From Candidatus Sumerlaeaceae bacterium (GTDB taxonomy: Bacteria; Sumerlaeota; Sumerlaeia; Sumerlaeales; Sumerlaeaceae), in contig JBPCLP010000016.1 of assembly GCA_051003195.1 (NCBI GenBank), forward strand, positions 3,158-67,157: a stretch of 64,000 nt of DNA, written 5' to 3'. Position 1 is the stretch's first letter. Every line of letters starts with the position of its first letter. The position numbers were made by a program, and so were the translations under genes. The notes beneath the pieces are model-generated. The model was not told the origin of the DNA. It saw only the letters and a program-made list of their open reading frames with translations, and did no database searches. This document shows, one piece after another, positions 8,480 through 20,475 of the stretch.

Positions 8480-8914
8480 CTACAATCCCCCGCAAAGGCC
8501 CTGGTACTGCAGAACCAGCGCCGCCAGGGCGATGCCGCAACAGGAGTGCAGGAAGTCCACACGCCGGAATTGCCGGGTTCGGCTACGCAACTGGTGAAGC
8601 TCGTCCAGCAGCGCCGCGATGGCGCACAAAGTAGCAATGATAGCTGCGGGCACGGCATCAAACCTCAGTTGCGCGTGAGCCCACAGGGCGTCGTACAACC
8701 AATACAGTACCAGGAACAATCCACCAAACTCGAAGTAATGTCCGGCTGCGCGGATTTTGCCGTGGTGGCGGTCCAGCAAAGTGAACAGCCGGGGGTGGTT
8801 GCGCATCCGGTCGATGATCGCCTGCGTTTGCGCGCGGCCAAATTTCCCTGTGCCCAGGTACCAGATCACGACGATCATCGCGCCGAGCGCGGCGAGTGGA
8901 AGTAGTGCATGCAT
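8480..8914 (-). CDS. VanZ-like family membrane protein
   Basis: It has four predicted TM segments. It carries the KIRAAGHYFEFGGLFLVLY and LLDELHQLRSRTRQF...D...G motifs that are characteristic of the VanZ family. Confidence 0.55.
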   Translation of the reverse strand: MHALLPLAALGAMIVVIWYLGTGKFGRAQTQAIIDRMRNHPRLFTLLDRHHGKIRAAGHYFEFGGLFLVLYWLYDALWAHAQLRFDAVPAAIIATLCAIAALLDELHQLRSRTRQFRRVDFLHSCCGIALAALVLQYQGLCGGL

Positions 8915-9005
8915 TAACGTGCGATGCGTGCGTGCAGTCTTCGATCATCGCAACGGCGAAATCGTTGAGCAGTTTTTGGCTTAATGGGAGATGCGACGGT
9001 TACAG

Positions 9006-9692
9006 TCAGCGTGCACGGCGCGTTTTGCCGGTTTGCTTGCGCGTATCTGTGGTCGCGGGTTCGACAAACTCGACTTTGATAAGATCTGGATTGCCCGGTG
9101 GGCGCAAGGATGTTGGTTCGGGTTCCGGCGTACTCGTGTCCACGGAAGCGGTTGCGGCCGACTCGTCGCCGTCCGTCCGTGTGCTGCGCCCGATGATCGG
9201 CGGGGGTTCCGGGCCTTGTGCGTTCGTGCGATTTCGCTGAACGTTGTCCATCGCGCGGTCACGCCGGTACGTATGGTTGGAACTGTAGACGTCACCCGTC
9301 AGGTCGGGGATCGGGTTTGGAGCCACGGTATCCACGATTTCCTGCAGTAGATCGTCCGGCCGACGATTCGCACGCTTTGCGGCATCACGTACCCATGAAC
9401 GGAACCGCTCGGGTGCAGCCAGGCGTACGGTCTGGTAGTCGTTCAGCCGGTGCTCATCCACGTAGTCTTTGATGGCGAGCTTCACCATCTCGAATTCCAG
9501 CCCGGGCTCTTTGGTTTTCGCGGCCTCAAGACGCGCTTTCGAAATCTCAGCGTCCAGTGTACCAAGCGAGATGACGCCCTTCGAGTTCAGGTAGGGATCG
9601 ACAATGACGACTTGCCCGTGCGTGACGTGAACTGGGGTGACGAAGATGAGGATGCCAACGGCGCGGAATGCAATGATGTTTGCGCGAATCAT
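9006..9692 (-). CDS. Hypothetical membrane-anchored protein with Pro/Thr/Glu-rich C-terminal tail
   Basis: An internal Met (MIRANIIAFRAVGILIFVTPV, a single TM segment) is the likely start. Its ATGA overlaps the upstream gene stop. No family was recognised. Confidence 0.4.
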   Translation of the reverse strand: MIRANIIAFRAVGILIFVTPVHVTHGQVVIVDPYLNSKGVISLGTLDAEISKARLEAAKTKEPGLEFEMVKLAIKDYVDEHRLNDYQTVRLAAPERFRSWVRDAAKRANRRPDDLLQEIVDTVAPNPIPDLTGDVYSSNHTYRRDRAMDNVQRNRTNAQGPEPPPIIGRSTRTDGDESAATASVDTSTPEPEPTSLRPPGNPDLIKVEFVEPATTDTRKQTGKTRRAR

Positions 9693-10012
9693 GATAGCTT
9701 TTGCTGCTTCGCCGCTTTCATCGCAGCGATCTCCATCTCGATCATCTGGCATACCGGCACTGAGGTCGTTCGGCGCGCGCATGAGCCCAGCGTACCGAGC
9801 CAGTAGGCGGCCGCATCCCGGCATCCCTCACCCTGCACGATGAAACTGCGCGCGCTATCCAGGACGTTGGACGTGCTGGCCGAATCGACCCGGTCGCAGG
9901 CCTCGTGCAACTTTCGAGCGAGTTCCACAAGGTCGCCGTGGACCTCGAATCCGCCGGTACTCACTTTGAGTGCTCGCTCATGGGTTGCCTGAAGATAGTG
10001 TACATCACTCAC
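9689..10012 (-). CDS. Hypothetical protein (107 aa), translationally coupled to the downstream membrane protein
   Basis: This is an ORF whose stop overlaps the start of the 9006..9692 gene. No family was recognised. Confidence 0.35.
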   Translation of the reverse strand: MSDVHYLQATHERALKVSTGGFEVHGDLVELARKLHEACDRVDSASTSNVLDSARSFIVQGEGCRDAAAYWLGTLGSCARRTTSVPVCQMIEMEIAAMKAAKQQKLS

Positions 10013-10355
10013 GCCCTTGTGACGCAGGAAATGTAAGGTAGTCGCGATGCCTTAGGCTTGAGTCTGGCGTGTTTGTGCGACGAAGGCGGGACGTACTCCC
10101 ACACGCATTAACCCATAGACTAGGCATTTTATAGAGGTTATCACATTGAGTTTACACATTTTATGTTGACGTCCCTCCCTTCATGGGAGAGCAAATAATT
10201 TACTCTTTAACCGGTCTAAGAAGTTACCTGCTACCCGAAAGCTGGCAAGGGGTGGTGATCGGATTCAGGGTCAGGGCCATTTCTGGTCGCTGGTGGGCGG
10301 TACACGGAATTACAACTCGGGTGGATACACCCCAACTTTGTTCAGGAGGTCTGAT

Positions 10356-12101
10356 GTGAAATTCAGGCATTTTATCAGTTCAGCAGCGTTGGCGATGGCG
10401 GCAATCGGTTTTGCGCCAGCCGAAGCGAGCGCGGCAACGTTTACGGCCAACCTTGGCGTTGGCTCTTCCAACGTGGGCCCCGGAGGTGATTACCCGGATT
10501 TGGCCTCGGCGGCCGAGGATTTTACAACCGGCTCGCAGGCAGTAACCGGGAACTACACTTTCTTTATCACCGGCAGCACGACCGAAACGCGGCAGATGGC
10601 ATTCGGCAAAGCGACGAACGGGTTCACAATAACCATCAAGCCGGCACCCGCAACGACGGCGACAATTACCTTCGCGTACGGGACACAGAACAACAACGCC
10701 AGCACCTTTGGGCAGACGCAGGGTTGCCCGGGCCAGATTATCGTCGGCCTTAACAACCTGGCAAATACGAACGCTGCAATCGAGGGCGGATTTGTACCCA
10801 CAAACAATTTCGTCGTAGATGGCTCGAATACGAACGGTGGTACCACCCGGGATTTGACACTTCAAACGCCGAATGCCGGGCTTATCAATAGCCGGACCGT
10901 CCACATTCTCGGCAGCAACAACTGCGTCGTGAAGAATTGCAATATCACCAATGGCGCGCAAGGCTCGCCTTCTGTGGGTGTGTTTGTCACTACGGTCAAG
11001 TTACCGATTTCCAGCACCGGTGCTCCTACTACGGTAGCCAGTCCGCTGAATACCGTTATCGATAACAATCTGATATCGGCAAGTGGCAACGGGTCCGCCG
11101 CCGGCATACTGTTTAACGCCTTTTACGATGGGCAGCTCAATACAACGAACTTCCCCGCGGCAGGCAGCGGCGCGGCTGGCTATGTAATCAGCAACAATAC
11201 GGTAGTTGGCCGCAACCGTGGTATTGCATTAAGCCTGGGGCTGAGTGGTACGATCACCAGTAATACAGTCAGTGCGGGTAACAGCTCGTCGGCATACAGT
11301 GGTGTTGGCACATCGGGCATCGCACATATCAACAGCTTTAACAGCACCGGCTGGACCATCGATATTACGAAGAACTGGATTACGTCGCTTGCCGGAACCA
11401 ACACGGGTTCGGGGCTTGGCGCAATTGCGCTGGGTGTTGCGGCACAGGGCGCCGGCACCTACAACGTGTCCAACAACATGATGGCGGGCTTCACGAACGG
11501 TGCCGGCAATAATCATCATCACGGAATTTTCTGCCGAGCAAACGCTTCGGATTATAATCTGCGGCACAACTCGATCAACGTCTCGAACACGAGCGCCACG
11601 GCTGCGACGGCCGATTTTGTTGCGGCGATCCTTATCGAATCGACTGCAAGAACCGGCATCTCGCGAGTACACAACAACCTGGTCCGACTGGCGCAGGATA
11701 ATGGGATCGGGATCAGTCACGTTACCAATGACACCACTAAACTCATCACCGATGGCAATGACATCGCGCTGGTTGGTGCTACTACAAACTTCGGCCGATT
11801 TGGCGGCACCAATGCTGCAACGCTCGCAGCGTGGAAATTGGCCACCAACAACCAGGAAGCTCTTGGTCAAACCGTTGATCCAGCGGCTACAACGGGTTCG
11901 AAGTGGGTTTCAGCTGACGCAATCGATCTGCATTTTGTACCGATTCACACTGTTCCAGTCGGGATCAGCGGTGGCGTTCCAGTTGCAACAACGGGAATCG
12001 CAACCGACATCGACGGTCAGCCGCGCAGCGCTTCTGCTCCGCTGCCAGGAGCCGACGAAGTCATCGCAGGCACAGGTGTCCTGGAGTGGCAGTTGTTCTA
12101 A
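10356..12101 (+). CDS. Secreted Ser/Thr/Asn/Gly-rich right-handed beta-helix repeat protein (adhesin or pectate-lyase-fold like)
   Basis: A GTG start at 10356 follows AGGAGG at 10345-10350. The signal peptide is KFRHFISSAALAMAAIGFAPAEASA. The composition is repetitive (NNxxxG/T-rich). Confidence 0.55.
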   Translation: MKFRHFISSAALAMAAIGFAPAEASAATFTANLGVGSSNVGPGGDYPDLASAAEDFTTGSQAVTGNYTFFITGSTTETRQMAFGKATNGFTITIKPAPATTATITFAYGTQNNNASTFGQTQGCPGQIIVGLNNLANTNAAIEGGFVPTNNFVVDGSNTNGGTTRDLTLQTPNAGLINSRTVHILGSNNCVVKNCNITNGAQGSPSVGVFVTTVKLPISSTGAPTTVASPLNTVIDNNLISASGNGSAAGILFNAFYDGQLNTTNFPAAGSGAAGYVISNNTVVGRNRGIALSLGLSGTITSNTVSAGNSSSAYSGVGTSGIAHINSFNSTGWTIDITKNWITSLAGTNTGSGLGAIALGVAAQGAGTYNVSNNMMAGFTNGAGNNHHHGIFCRANASDYNLRHNSINVSNTSATAATADFVAAILIESTARTGISRVHNNLVRLAQDNGIGISHVTNDTTKLITDGNDIALVGATTNFGRFGGTNAATLAAWKLATNNQEALGQTVDPAATTGSKWVSADAIDLHFVPIHTVPVGISGGVPVATTGIATDIDGQPRSASAPLPGADEVIAGTGVLEWQLF

Positions 12102-12127
12102 ACTTCCCGGCAAACTGAAAACACAAT

Positions 12128-12170
12128 CCCGGCGGCGCACTGCACCAGCAGGCGTCGCCGGGTTTTTTTT
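12128..12170 (+). terminator. Rho-independent terminator
   Basis: The GC stem is CCCGGCGGCGC...GCGTCGCCGGG, followed by T8. Confidence 0.7.
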
Positions 12171-12201
12171 CAGTTATTACTACTCGAACGACGCGAAGGA
12201 A

Positions 12202-12369
12202 ATGCTGCAGTTCGACCTGGACGCCGAAAACGAAACGATCCAGAATTACCGGGATCGCATCCAGCAGGCGGAGGCGTTACAGGAATATGCCCTGAGCGAG
12301 GAACTGCGAGAGATCATCCGGCAGGAGCAGGACCACAAGATTGACCTTGAGGCCGCCCTGGGCATATAA
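12202..12369 (+). pseudogene. Bacterioferritin/ferritin-like C-terminal fragment (55 aa), probably a gene remnant
   Basis: ETIQNYRDRIQQAEALQEYALSEELREIIRQEQDHKIDLEAALG resembles Bfr helices C and D with the ExxH diiron motif. The N-terminal half is missing. Confidence 0.4.
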
Positions 12370-12461
12370 ATCGGATACCGTCACCACCTCACGCCGATCT
12401 ATCGACATCGGCATCGCTTTCCATCTGAACGCGATGCCGATATCGACACACCAACGGCGTG

Positions 12462-12758
12462 TTATAGAAACCTCAGCTTGCCCTTTCGCACGATTCCCAT
12501 CAGCGCAAGCGCACGGATGAACACGACAACCGGCCCGTCTTGCGGAATTTCGCCGAACGTATTGTCCAGGCCGTCGATTTCGGTCTGCAGTTTTTTGCGG
12601 AGCGGACCGCATAGTTCTTCCACGAGGTTCGATGCAGCTTCTGCTTCTACTTCGTACAGCGGTCCCAACTGGCTTCGGCAGTCCGCGTACGCTGCGGCCA
12701 TCTTAAATACTCCAGTGGGAGCCGCCTCCCACTTAAGAACCGGCATCTTCGGAAACAT
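12462..12758 (-). CDS. Hypothetical small protein (98 aa) with hydrophobic C-terminus
   Basis: An AGGAG RBS lies 8 nt upstream of the ATG at 12758. No family was recognised. Confidence 0.35.
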   Translation of the reverse strand: MFPKMPVLKWEAAPTGVFKMAAAYADCRSQLGPLYEVEAEAASNLVEELCGPLRKKLQTEIDGLDNTFGEIPQDGPVVVFIRALALMGIVRKGKLRFL

Positions 12759-12923
12759 ATACTGGGCTCCTGAGTAACGATGCGGGCTACTAGGGGCAAT
12801 GTGCGTGCCAACGAAATCCACAGGCGGTTTATGCCTGTCATCCCGCCGCCATTTAGTAATTGCACGCGCGCAACGCGGGTGAAAGAAACTGCTCCGCATT
12901 TGGGCGCTAGAAAAGGGCTAAGC

Positions 12924-14888
<1,965 letters not shown>

Positions 14889-15017
14889 TCGCGAGTGCGG
14901 ATTGCGGAATGCAGATTGCCGAATACAGGCACACCTGACCCCTTTCGCAGAAGCAGCTGAATTGCCTCGGGCGGCTTTACTGGCACTTCCTGGCTACATC
15001 GTGCCCGAAAATTACGA

Positions 15018-17669
15018 ATGAAAATGGCTGAGCGGCCGGACCTCAGCAGGTCTGCTGGAAGTGCGGGTTTCTGGTGCGGTGGTGCCGTGGTTGCACTGAT
15101 CGGCGTTGCTGCGGCATTGCTTCTGCACGGAGGCGGCAGTTACTACTTCGGCGGTGCGGATTCGGATCTCGTCAGCCAGTTCTACCCCTGGCGGGTGTTC
15201 GTAAAGCGGTGGCTGGACCGCGGAGTGATTCCACTATGGGATCCGCACGTGTTCGGCGGCTACCCGGTGCTCGAGACGCAGCAGATGTTTGCGCTGAATC
15301 CGATTCGCCTCCTCTTCACGTTTCTGCTGACCCCACGCATCAGCCTGCTGGCAGAGGCCACGGGTTATGTCGCGATTGCCGCGCTTGGCAGCTGGATCAG
15401 CCTGCGTCGCTTCATGCGATGTTCGGCGCCCGCGGCGATGGTTGGAACGGTGGTGTATGTGTTCGGCGGGCTTTTCACCATTCGTGTCGGAGCGGGACAC
15501 TTCACAGTGCTTGCGGGTTTGTGCTGGTGGCCGCTGGCAATGGGCCTCGCGTTTAACCTGGCGAGAGCTCTGCGGCCGCGCTTTCAGCCGTTCGGCCTGG
15601 GGGCGCTGATCCGCAATTCGTGGGGCAACTCAACGTCGCGAAACGCAGTGCTGCTGCTGGGTGTTGTGAACGCAATGGCGCTCCTGGCAGGCGGACCCCA
15701 ATACGTCGTCTATCTTTTCTGGATGGAGTTGCTGGTCGTTGCCGCAGTTTCACGCGTACGCATTGCAGCTATGATTGCCAGTGGCTTTGCCTGGGCAATA
15801 GCGCTATGCCTGTCCGCGCCACAGTGGTTGCCCACGCTGTCGTACCTGCCGTTTTCAGGGCGTGGAGAAAGCGGCAGCAGTTCGATGCTGGGACCCGCCG
15901 TGATGGATCTCATGGTCATTGGTCTCGAAACGCTGATGCCGCATCCGCTTGGCGATGACTTGGCGCAGCCGCATCTCTACGAAAAAGCCGCATGGGAAAC
16001 ATGCTTGTATCCCGGTACTCTGGCGCTGGTGCTTACGTGTGTGCTTCTCTGGCGCACGGCTGGTAATTTGGGCCGGCTTGGTATCGTGGGTGTGAAGAGG
16101 CAAATGGCTTCGCCTCCCCGGATGCTGATGGACGCATCAGCGGTCGCTCCTTCCGATGAAAGACAGCTCGAGGAGCAGCAGCCTTTGCAGTCTCGCGAGC
16201 TTTCGTATGCCATGGCACGTCGGCTGTTGTGTGCGATTCTGATCTTTCTCGGGCTGTATCTGATGATGGGCTGGTGGTTGCCTGGGTTTGCGAGTTTTCG
16301 TGAACCGATCAAGGCCCGCGCGATTGTCGCTTTGGGAATGGCATGGGCCGCCGCCGTGGAGTTCCACACGCTGCTGCAATTGTGGAAACACTTCCGCAGG
16401 CGCAGACTAAGAATCTGCATTCCCTACGTCACTGCTGCAGCGATCATCGCGGCGTGCGCTCTCTGGTTCTGGTGGCGGGCGTCGCAGCCGGGTTGGTTTG
16501 AACAACTGTTGCGTCGGTTTCCGAATCCTTTCGACCCCACTGCTTCGAAATTCTTTGGCGCTGTCCTCGCAAATCCAGAACTTGGCAGCCGGCCTTTTGC
16601 GCATGCCGCGGCGTGGACCGTCATGTTTGCCATCGCAACGGGCGCTGGTGTTCTCGTTGCCATTGCATCGCGCCGCGCCGCACATGGAATTGCAGTGGTA
16701 GCGTTGCTGGCACTCTGTTGCGGCGACCTCGGGGCGTCACACTGGATCGCCTTTTATGCACGGCACGAGTTTGAAAAGGTCGAGCTTCAGCCAGTTATCC
16801 GCAATGCCCTGAGGACGAGGCTGGCAGAGTCTTCATCCCGCAAGGAAGTCCCGTGGCGCGTGATGCTGCCGCCGCAGGCAGCCAACCAATCCCACCACGT
16901 GGAAGGACTTTTCGAGACGGGCGGCTACGATCCGCTGATGCCGGCGCGTGCGAACTCGCGAGTCGTCATTGAGCCGCTCGTTCCGGAGGGAGGCATCAGA
17001 CCGCCGATGGACCTGGTACACACCGCAATCGGAAGGCGCGTGGACTGTTCCGGATATTTCGACTCAGTCGATTCCCCTGCAACCTCATCCCCGTGCCACC
17101 GGGTGGCGGGCCGCGGGCAAATCGTAGACGTTGAGCGCAAGGTAACTATTGGAGTTCCCGGGCGCGCAGAGACATTCGGCCCAAGAACCGACAACCTGAA
17201 TTATGTGGCCCAGGGCACCGCGGAGTGGCTGTCGGGCGAGCCGCCGGAAGTGGGGGCGGAAGTTCGCAAACAGGTCGCGGCAATCCATGTGCTGCCCACA
17301 GCCCCGGATGGACATGGGACTGTGGCAGGCGAAACTCTGGATGTGAGCGGGCCGTCGGCGCCACATCTGATGCGCTTGCACACAAAACTTAAAGCCCCGG
17401 CGTTGCTGGTGTACCGTACCACGTGGTTGCCCGGGTGGAAGGTGAAGGTGGACGACGGACCCTGGAACACCGCCCTTTGCGCCAACCGTTGGATGGTCAG
17501 CACAATCCTGGATGCGGGCGAGCACCAGGTGGAGTTTCGCTATACGCCGGTTGGGCTTCGCTTCAGTTTGTTGCTCGCGGCGCTCGCGTGGCCCGGACTT
17601 TTGACAATGTTGGCACTAAATGCATTATTTTCCGAAGCTTTGCGGCGCAAAGTTATATCCCCTACTTAA
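15018..17669 (+). CDS. YfhO-family membrane protein (GT-C-like putative glycosyltransferase)
   Basis: The N-terminal motifs DSDLVSQFYPW...PLWDPHVFGGYP and many TM segments match the YfhO family. Confidence 0.55.
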   Translation: MKMAERPDLSRSAGSAGFWCGGAVVALIGVAAALLLHGGGSYYFGGADSDLVSQFYPWRVFVKRWLDRGVIPLWDPHVFGGYPVLETQQMFALNPIRLLFTFLLTPRISLLAEATGYVAIAALGSWISLRRFMRCSAPAAMVGTVVYVFGGLFTIRVGAGHFTVLAGLCWWPLAMGLAFNLARALRPRFQPFGLGALIRNSWGNSTSRNAVLLLGVVNAMALLAGGPQYVVYLFWMELLVVAAVSRVRIAAMIASGFAWAIALCLSAPQWLPTLSYLPFSGRGESGSSSMLGPAVMDLMVIGLETLMPHPLGDDLAQPHLYEKAAWETCLYPGTLALVLTCVLLWRTAGNLGRLGIVGVKRQMASPPRMLMDASAVAPSDERQLEEQQPLQSRELSYAMARRLLCAILIFLGLYLMMGWWLPGFASFREPIKARAIVALGMAWAAAVEFHTLLQLWKHFRRRRLRICIPYVTAAAIIAACALWFWWRASQPGWFEQLLRRFPNPFDPTASKFFGAVLANPELGSRPFAHAAAWTVMFAIATGAGVLVAIASRRAAHGIAVVALLALCCGDLGASHWIAFYARHEFEKVELQPVIRNALRTRLAESSSRKEVPWRVMLPPQAANQSHHVEGLFETGGYDPLMPARANSRVVIEPLVPEGGIRPPMDLVHTAIGRRVDCSGYFDSVDSPATSSPCHRVAGRGQIVDVERKVTIGVPGRAETFGPRTDNLNYVAQGTAEWLSGEPPEVGAEVRKQVAAIHVLPTAPDGHGTVAGETLDVSGPSAPHLMRLHTKLKAPALLVYRTTWLPGWKVKVDDGPWNTALCANRWMVSTILDAGEHQVEFRYTPVGLRFSLLLAALAWPGLLTMLALNALFSEALRRKVISPT

Positions 17670-17700
17670 TGTGTATCGGTTGTAAACGTAAGGTTCGCAG

Positions 17701-18891
17701 GTGAGCCTCTTCTTTATCGTGTTTCTTTCCATGCCGCTGGTAGACCTCGCGTGGTGGCGCTGGGCGGATGTGCGGCTTCGCAAACTGCCGGCGAAGCGCT
17801 GGCTGCGTATTCTGCTGGCGGTGTTTATCACTGCTCAGATCGCGCAGTTCCTTTATTTACTGATGGGACGCGGGTTTGGCGTGAAATTGCAATCGCCCAT
17901 GCTGTTGCTTGGCTCGGCGTATTTGTGGCACCTGATCATTCTTCCCGTGCTGGCCTCCTGCACCTTTGCAGTGTTCCTCTTGAGCGCGGGCTGGCGGGGC
18001 GTTCGCAGCATTACTCGCCGCACAGCAAACAAACCTGCGACGGTCCCGATTGCCGAAAGTTCACCCGCGATAAGCCGGCGCCAGTTTCTTTTGACCGCCG
18101 GCATTCTCGCTCCGCCCGCGCTTTGCCTCGCAGCAACCGGGTACGGAATCAGCCGTCGGGATAATTTCCGCACCCGCCGCGTCGAAATCCCAATGCGGGC
18201 GCTGCCGCGTGAACTCGATGGCATGACGATCGCCCACGTCACAGACATTCACCTGGGCAAGTTCACAGACGAAAGAGTTCTAAAGCAGATTGTCGCGCGT
18301 ACGAACGATCTGCGGAGCGACGTGATCCTGATGACGGGCGATCTCATCGATTTCGATCTTGGTGATCTCGGGCCAGCGCTTGAGCACGTTAAAAAGATGG
18401 ATAGCCCAGGCGGAGTCTTCATGTGCGAGGGCAATCACGACCTGTTCCAGGGCCGCACCGCCTTCGAGACGGGCGTCAAGAACAGTGGCGTTCCACTCCT
18501 GCTCGATGAGGCCGCGACAATACGCGTGCGGGGGCGCGATGTACAAATGCTCGGAATGAAATGGGATGCAGTGTATCGCCGGCATTTGGAGCGCATGCAG
18601 CCGTTGCGCGATCCCGACGCGTTCCAGATTCTGCTGGCGCATCATCCACACGCGTTTGACCCGGCGGCCGAGTTCGGTATTCCGCTTACGCTGGCGGGCC
18701 ATACTCATGGTGGCCAGCTTATGCTGACGCCGGACTTTGGCGCGGGTCCGATGATGTTCAAGTATTGGTCGGGACTTTATCGCAACGACGATGCCGCGCT
18801 CGTCGTAAGTAACGGCGTCGGCAACTGGTTTCCGCTGCGTGTAAATGCGCCGGCTGAGATCCTGCACATCACGTTGCGCGCCGTGACTTAA
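17701..18891 (+). CDS. Membrane-anchored calcineurin-like metallophosphoesterase
   Basis: It has DIHLG, GDLIDFD, GNHD and GHTHGGQ motifs, with N-terminal TM helices. Confidence 0.85.
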   Translation: MSLFFIVFLSMPLVDLAWWRWADVRLRKLPAKRWLRILLAVFITAQIAQFLYLLMGRGFGVKLQSPMLLLGSAYLWHLIILPVLASCTFAVFLLSAGWRGVRSITRRTANKPATVPIAESSPAISRRQFLLTAGILAPPALCLAATGYGISRRDNFRTRRVEIPMRALPRELDGMTIAHVTDIHLGKFTDERVLKQIVARTNDLRSDVILMTGDLIDFDLGDLGPALEHVKKMDSPGGVFMCEGNHDLFQGRTAFETGVKNSGVPLLLDEAATIRVRGRDVQMLGMKWDAVYRRHLERMQPLRDPDAFQILLAHHPHAFDPAAEFGIPLTLAGHTHGGQLMLTPDFGAGPMMFKYWSGLYRNDDAALVVSNGVGNWFPLRVNAPAEILHITLRAVT

Positions 18892-19166
18892 CAGCACCGG
18901 GTGTTCTACGGGCGCGGCAGAACGCTGAATGTACATTGGCGTCATCGTAGTCCAGTGTGCCGCCAATCCTGACTGGACAGGTCCATATGGAGCTGCATCC
19001 CGGTTCGGGACAAATAACCAACTAAATGTGCCAACAGACTACGAAGGCAGTGTTAGCGATTCCGCGCTTCCCGTAAAACCGTGCGCTAATGCGGCCTCAG
19101 CACCGCTGAAAAGACTAGGCATTGGGCTATTTTGTTTATACGCTTTAAACAAACTCACTCTAGTTT

Positions 19167-20123
19167 CTAGTTGCGTTCATGGAACTCGCCGCGCGCTGTC
19201 CGCAGGTTTCTGGTTCCATCAGGCTGAATAAAGGCATCTAGCGAAACCAATGGTAGGATCTCTAGGACGGACTTCTTACCGTACCATAATCCAATCTTGC
19301 CGTAACAGCCAGTTACCCGAAAAAATACAAAGACCGGTTTGGCTGAAAGAAGTGCTGTTGGAACGTTGACTTGGGTTGTATAGCCTGTATCCACTGCCAT
19401 CGATGTCTCTGGTGGAAATACTTGATTGTTTGTTGCACCAGCACCACAAGATTGGATGAATAAACCGTCTTTGGGGCCAGGATTTGCCAGCTTCAGTTGG
19501 AGCTGCCATGATGTATTCGTTAGCATGGTCGCATCGAGAGCAAGCAGGGGTCCAGTGGTGGGTAACAATTCAAGTTCGGTAAACGGAAAGCTAAGCCGTC
19601 GCACACTAGTTGTAAGCTCTACAGCAGAGAACGAGGTCTTTGAATCAGTAGAGCTGATCGCGAGCAGTTGAACCCTATCCCGAACTGCCCCAAACAAAGT
19701 CCTTACGTGAGAAAGCTTAGGGAGGGACGGTTCTCGTGGCCAGAGGACCACGGACCGCTGCCAACGCCCCCAAATTGGGTCGGTCGTAAAGCGGTCGGTG
19801 TGTTGAAGATCAATATCATATTTTGATGTATAATAGCCATCCTTACTAAACCGCAATTCTAGCTCGGCTAGTTTTGTCTGCTTAATTTCAAAGGTTCCAT
19901 TGATAGCTAAATCGTATGAGTCGTCATTATTAAGCCCAAAAGTGCGTACTCCGCAAGTCACTTCCGTAAGTAGTGTGCCAGACGAATCACGCACGTCACC
20001 AAAAGCGTGAATAGATTTACATAGAGGCTGAGTGGTTAAGACCCCGTGGTCTGGATGAATGAGCGCCGCAATATTTCCGCTCAGCAAACACAAACTAGCC
20101 GAAAGCAGCCACGTCGCGTTCAT
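19167..20123 (-). CDS. Hypothetical secreted protein (318 aa) in a low-GC segment
   Basis: The signal peptide is MNATWLLSASLCLLSGNIAA. No family was recognised. GC is about 45-50%. Confidence 0.5.
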   Translation of the reverse strand: MNATWLLSASLCLLSGNIAALIHPDHGVLTTQPLCKSIHAFGDVRDSSGTLLTEVTCGVRTFGLNNDDSYDLAINGTFEIKQTKLAELELRFSKDGYYTSKYDIDLQHTDRFTTDPIWGRWQRSVVLWPREPSLPKLSHVRTLFGAVRDRVQLLAISSTDSKTSFSAVELTTSVRRLSFPFTELELLPTTGPLLALDATMLTNTSWQLQLKLANPGPKDGLFIQSCGAGATNNQVFPPETSMAVDTGYTTQVNVPTALLSAKPVFVFFRVTGCYGKIGLWYGKKSVLEILPLVSLDAFIQPDGTRNLRTARGEFHERN

Positions 20124-20451
20124 TAGTGTTTCCTCTCAAGTAAGTTTTCCATAAACGCCTTGTCGAACCATGTCCAGGTATTGTATATTTTTTGTTGAAA
20201 TAAGTAGCTATGTTCGAATTTTTTCGCCACCCCGTTTCAGCAAAGGCAACTAAGTCAGTGCTATTGGGTTCGTAGTGGTTAGGCGGGGATCCAAAAGCTG
20301 GATTTAAGGTAGGGATCTCCACGCCAGGGAAGTCGATTAATTCATCTTTGGCTAGTTGATTTGGATTAAACCCGGTTGCCAGCATGGAAAAACTTCCGTA
20401 TAAATTTGAGTTCGGGGCAATCGACATCGAGCCGTGTTTAGACGCCATCAA
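20095..20451 (-). CDS. Hypothetical protein (118 aa), low-GC segment
   Basis: This is an ORF that overlaps the downstream gene by 29 nt. Confidence 0.35.
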   Translation of the reverse strand: MMASKHGSMSIAPNSNLYGSFSMLATGFNPNQLAKDELIDFPGVEIPTLNPAFGSPPNHYEPNSTDLVAFAETGWRKNSNIATYFNKKYTIPGHGSTRRLWKTYLRGNTNERDVAAFG

Positions 20452-20475
20452 CCAACCGTATTGCCGGGCTCGCTT

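Noticed and set aside
8339-8905. 188-aa plus-strand ORF overlapping the VanZ-like gene
   Set aside because: The opposite-strand VanZ-like reading has family motifs and a TM profile. The plus-strand ORF is low-complexity and typical of a high-GC shadow ORF.
12401-12447. 16-bp imperfect inverted repeat (ATCGACATCGGCATCGC / GCGATGCCGATATCGAC) between two convergent small ORFs, considered as a bidirectional terminator
   Set aside because: There is no U-rich tract on either side, so I did not call a terminator. It may still be a protein-binding palindrome.
18280-18966. 228-aa minus-strand ORF inside the metallophosphoesterase gene
   Set aside because: It is an antisense shadow. The plus strand has the complete phosphoesterase motif set.
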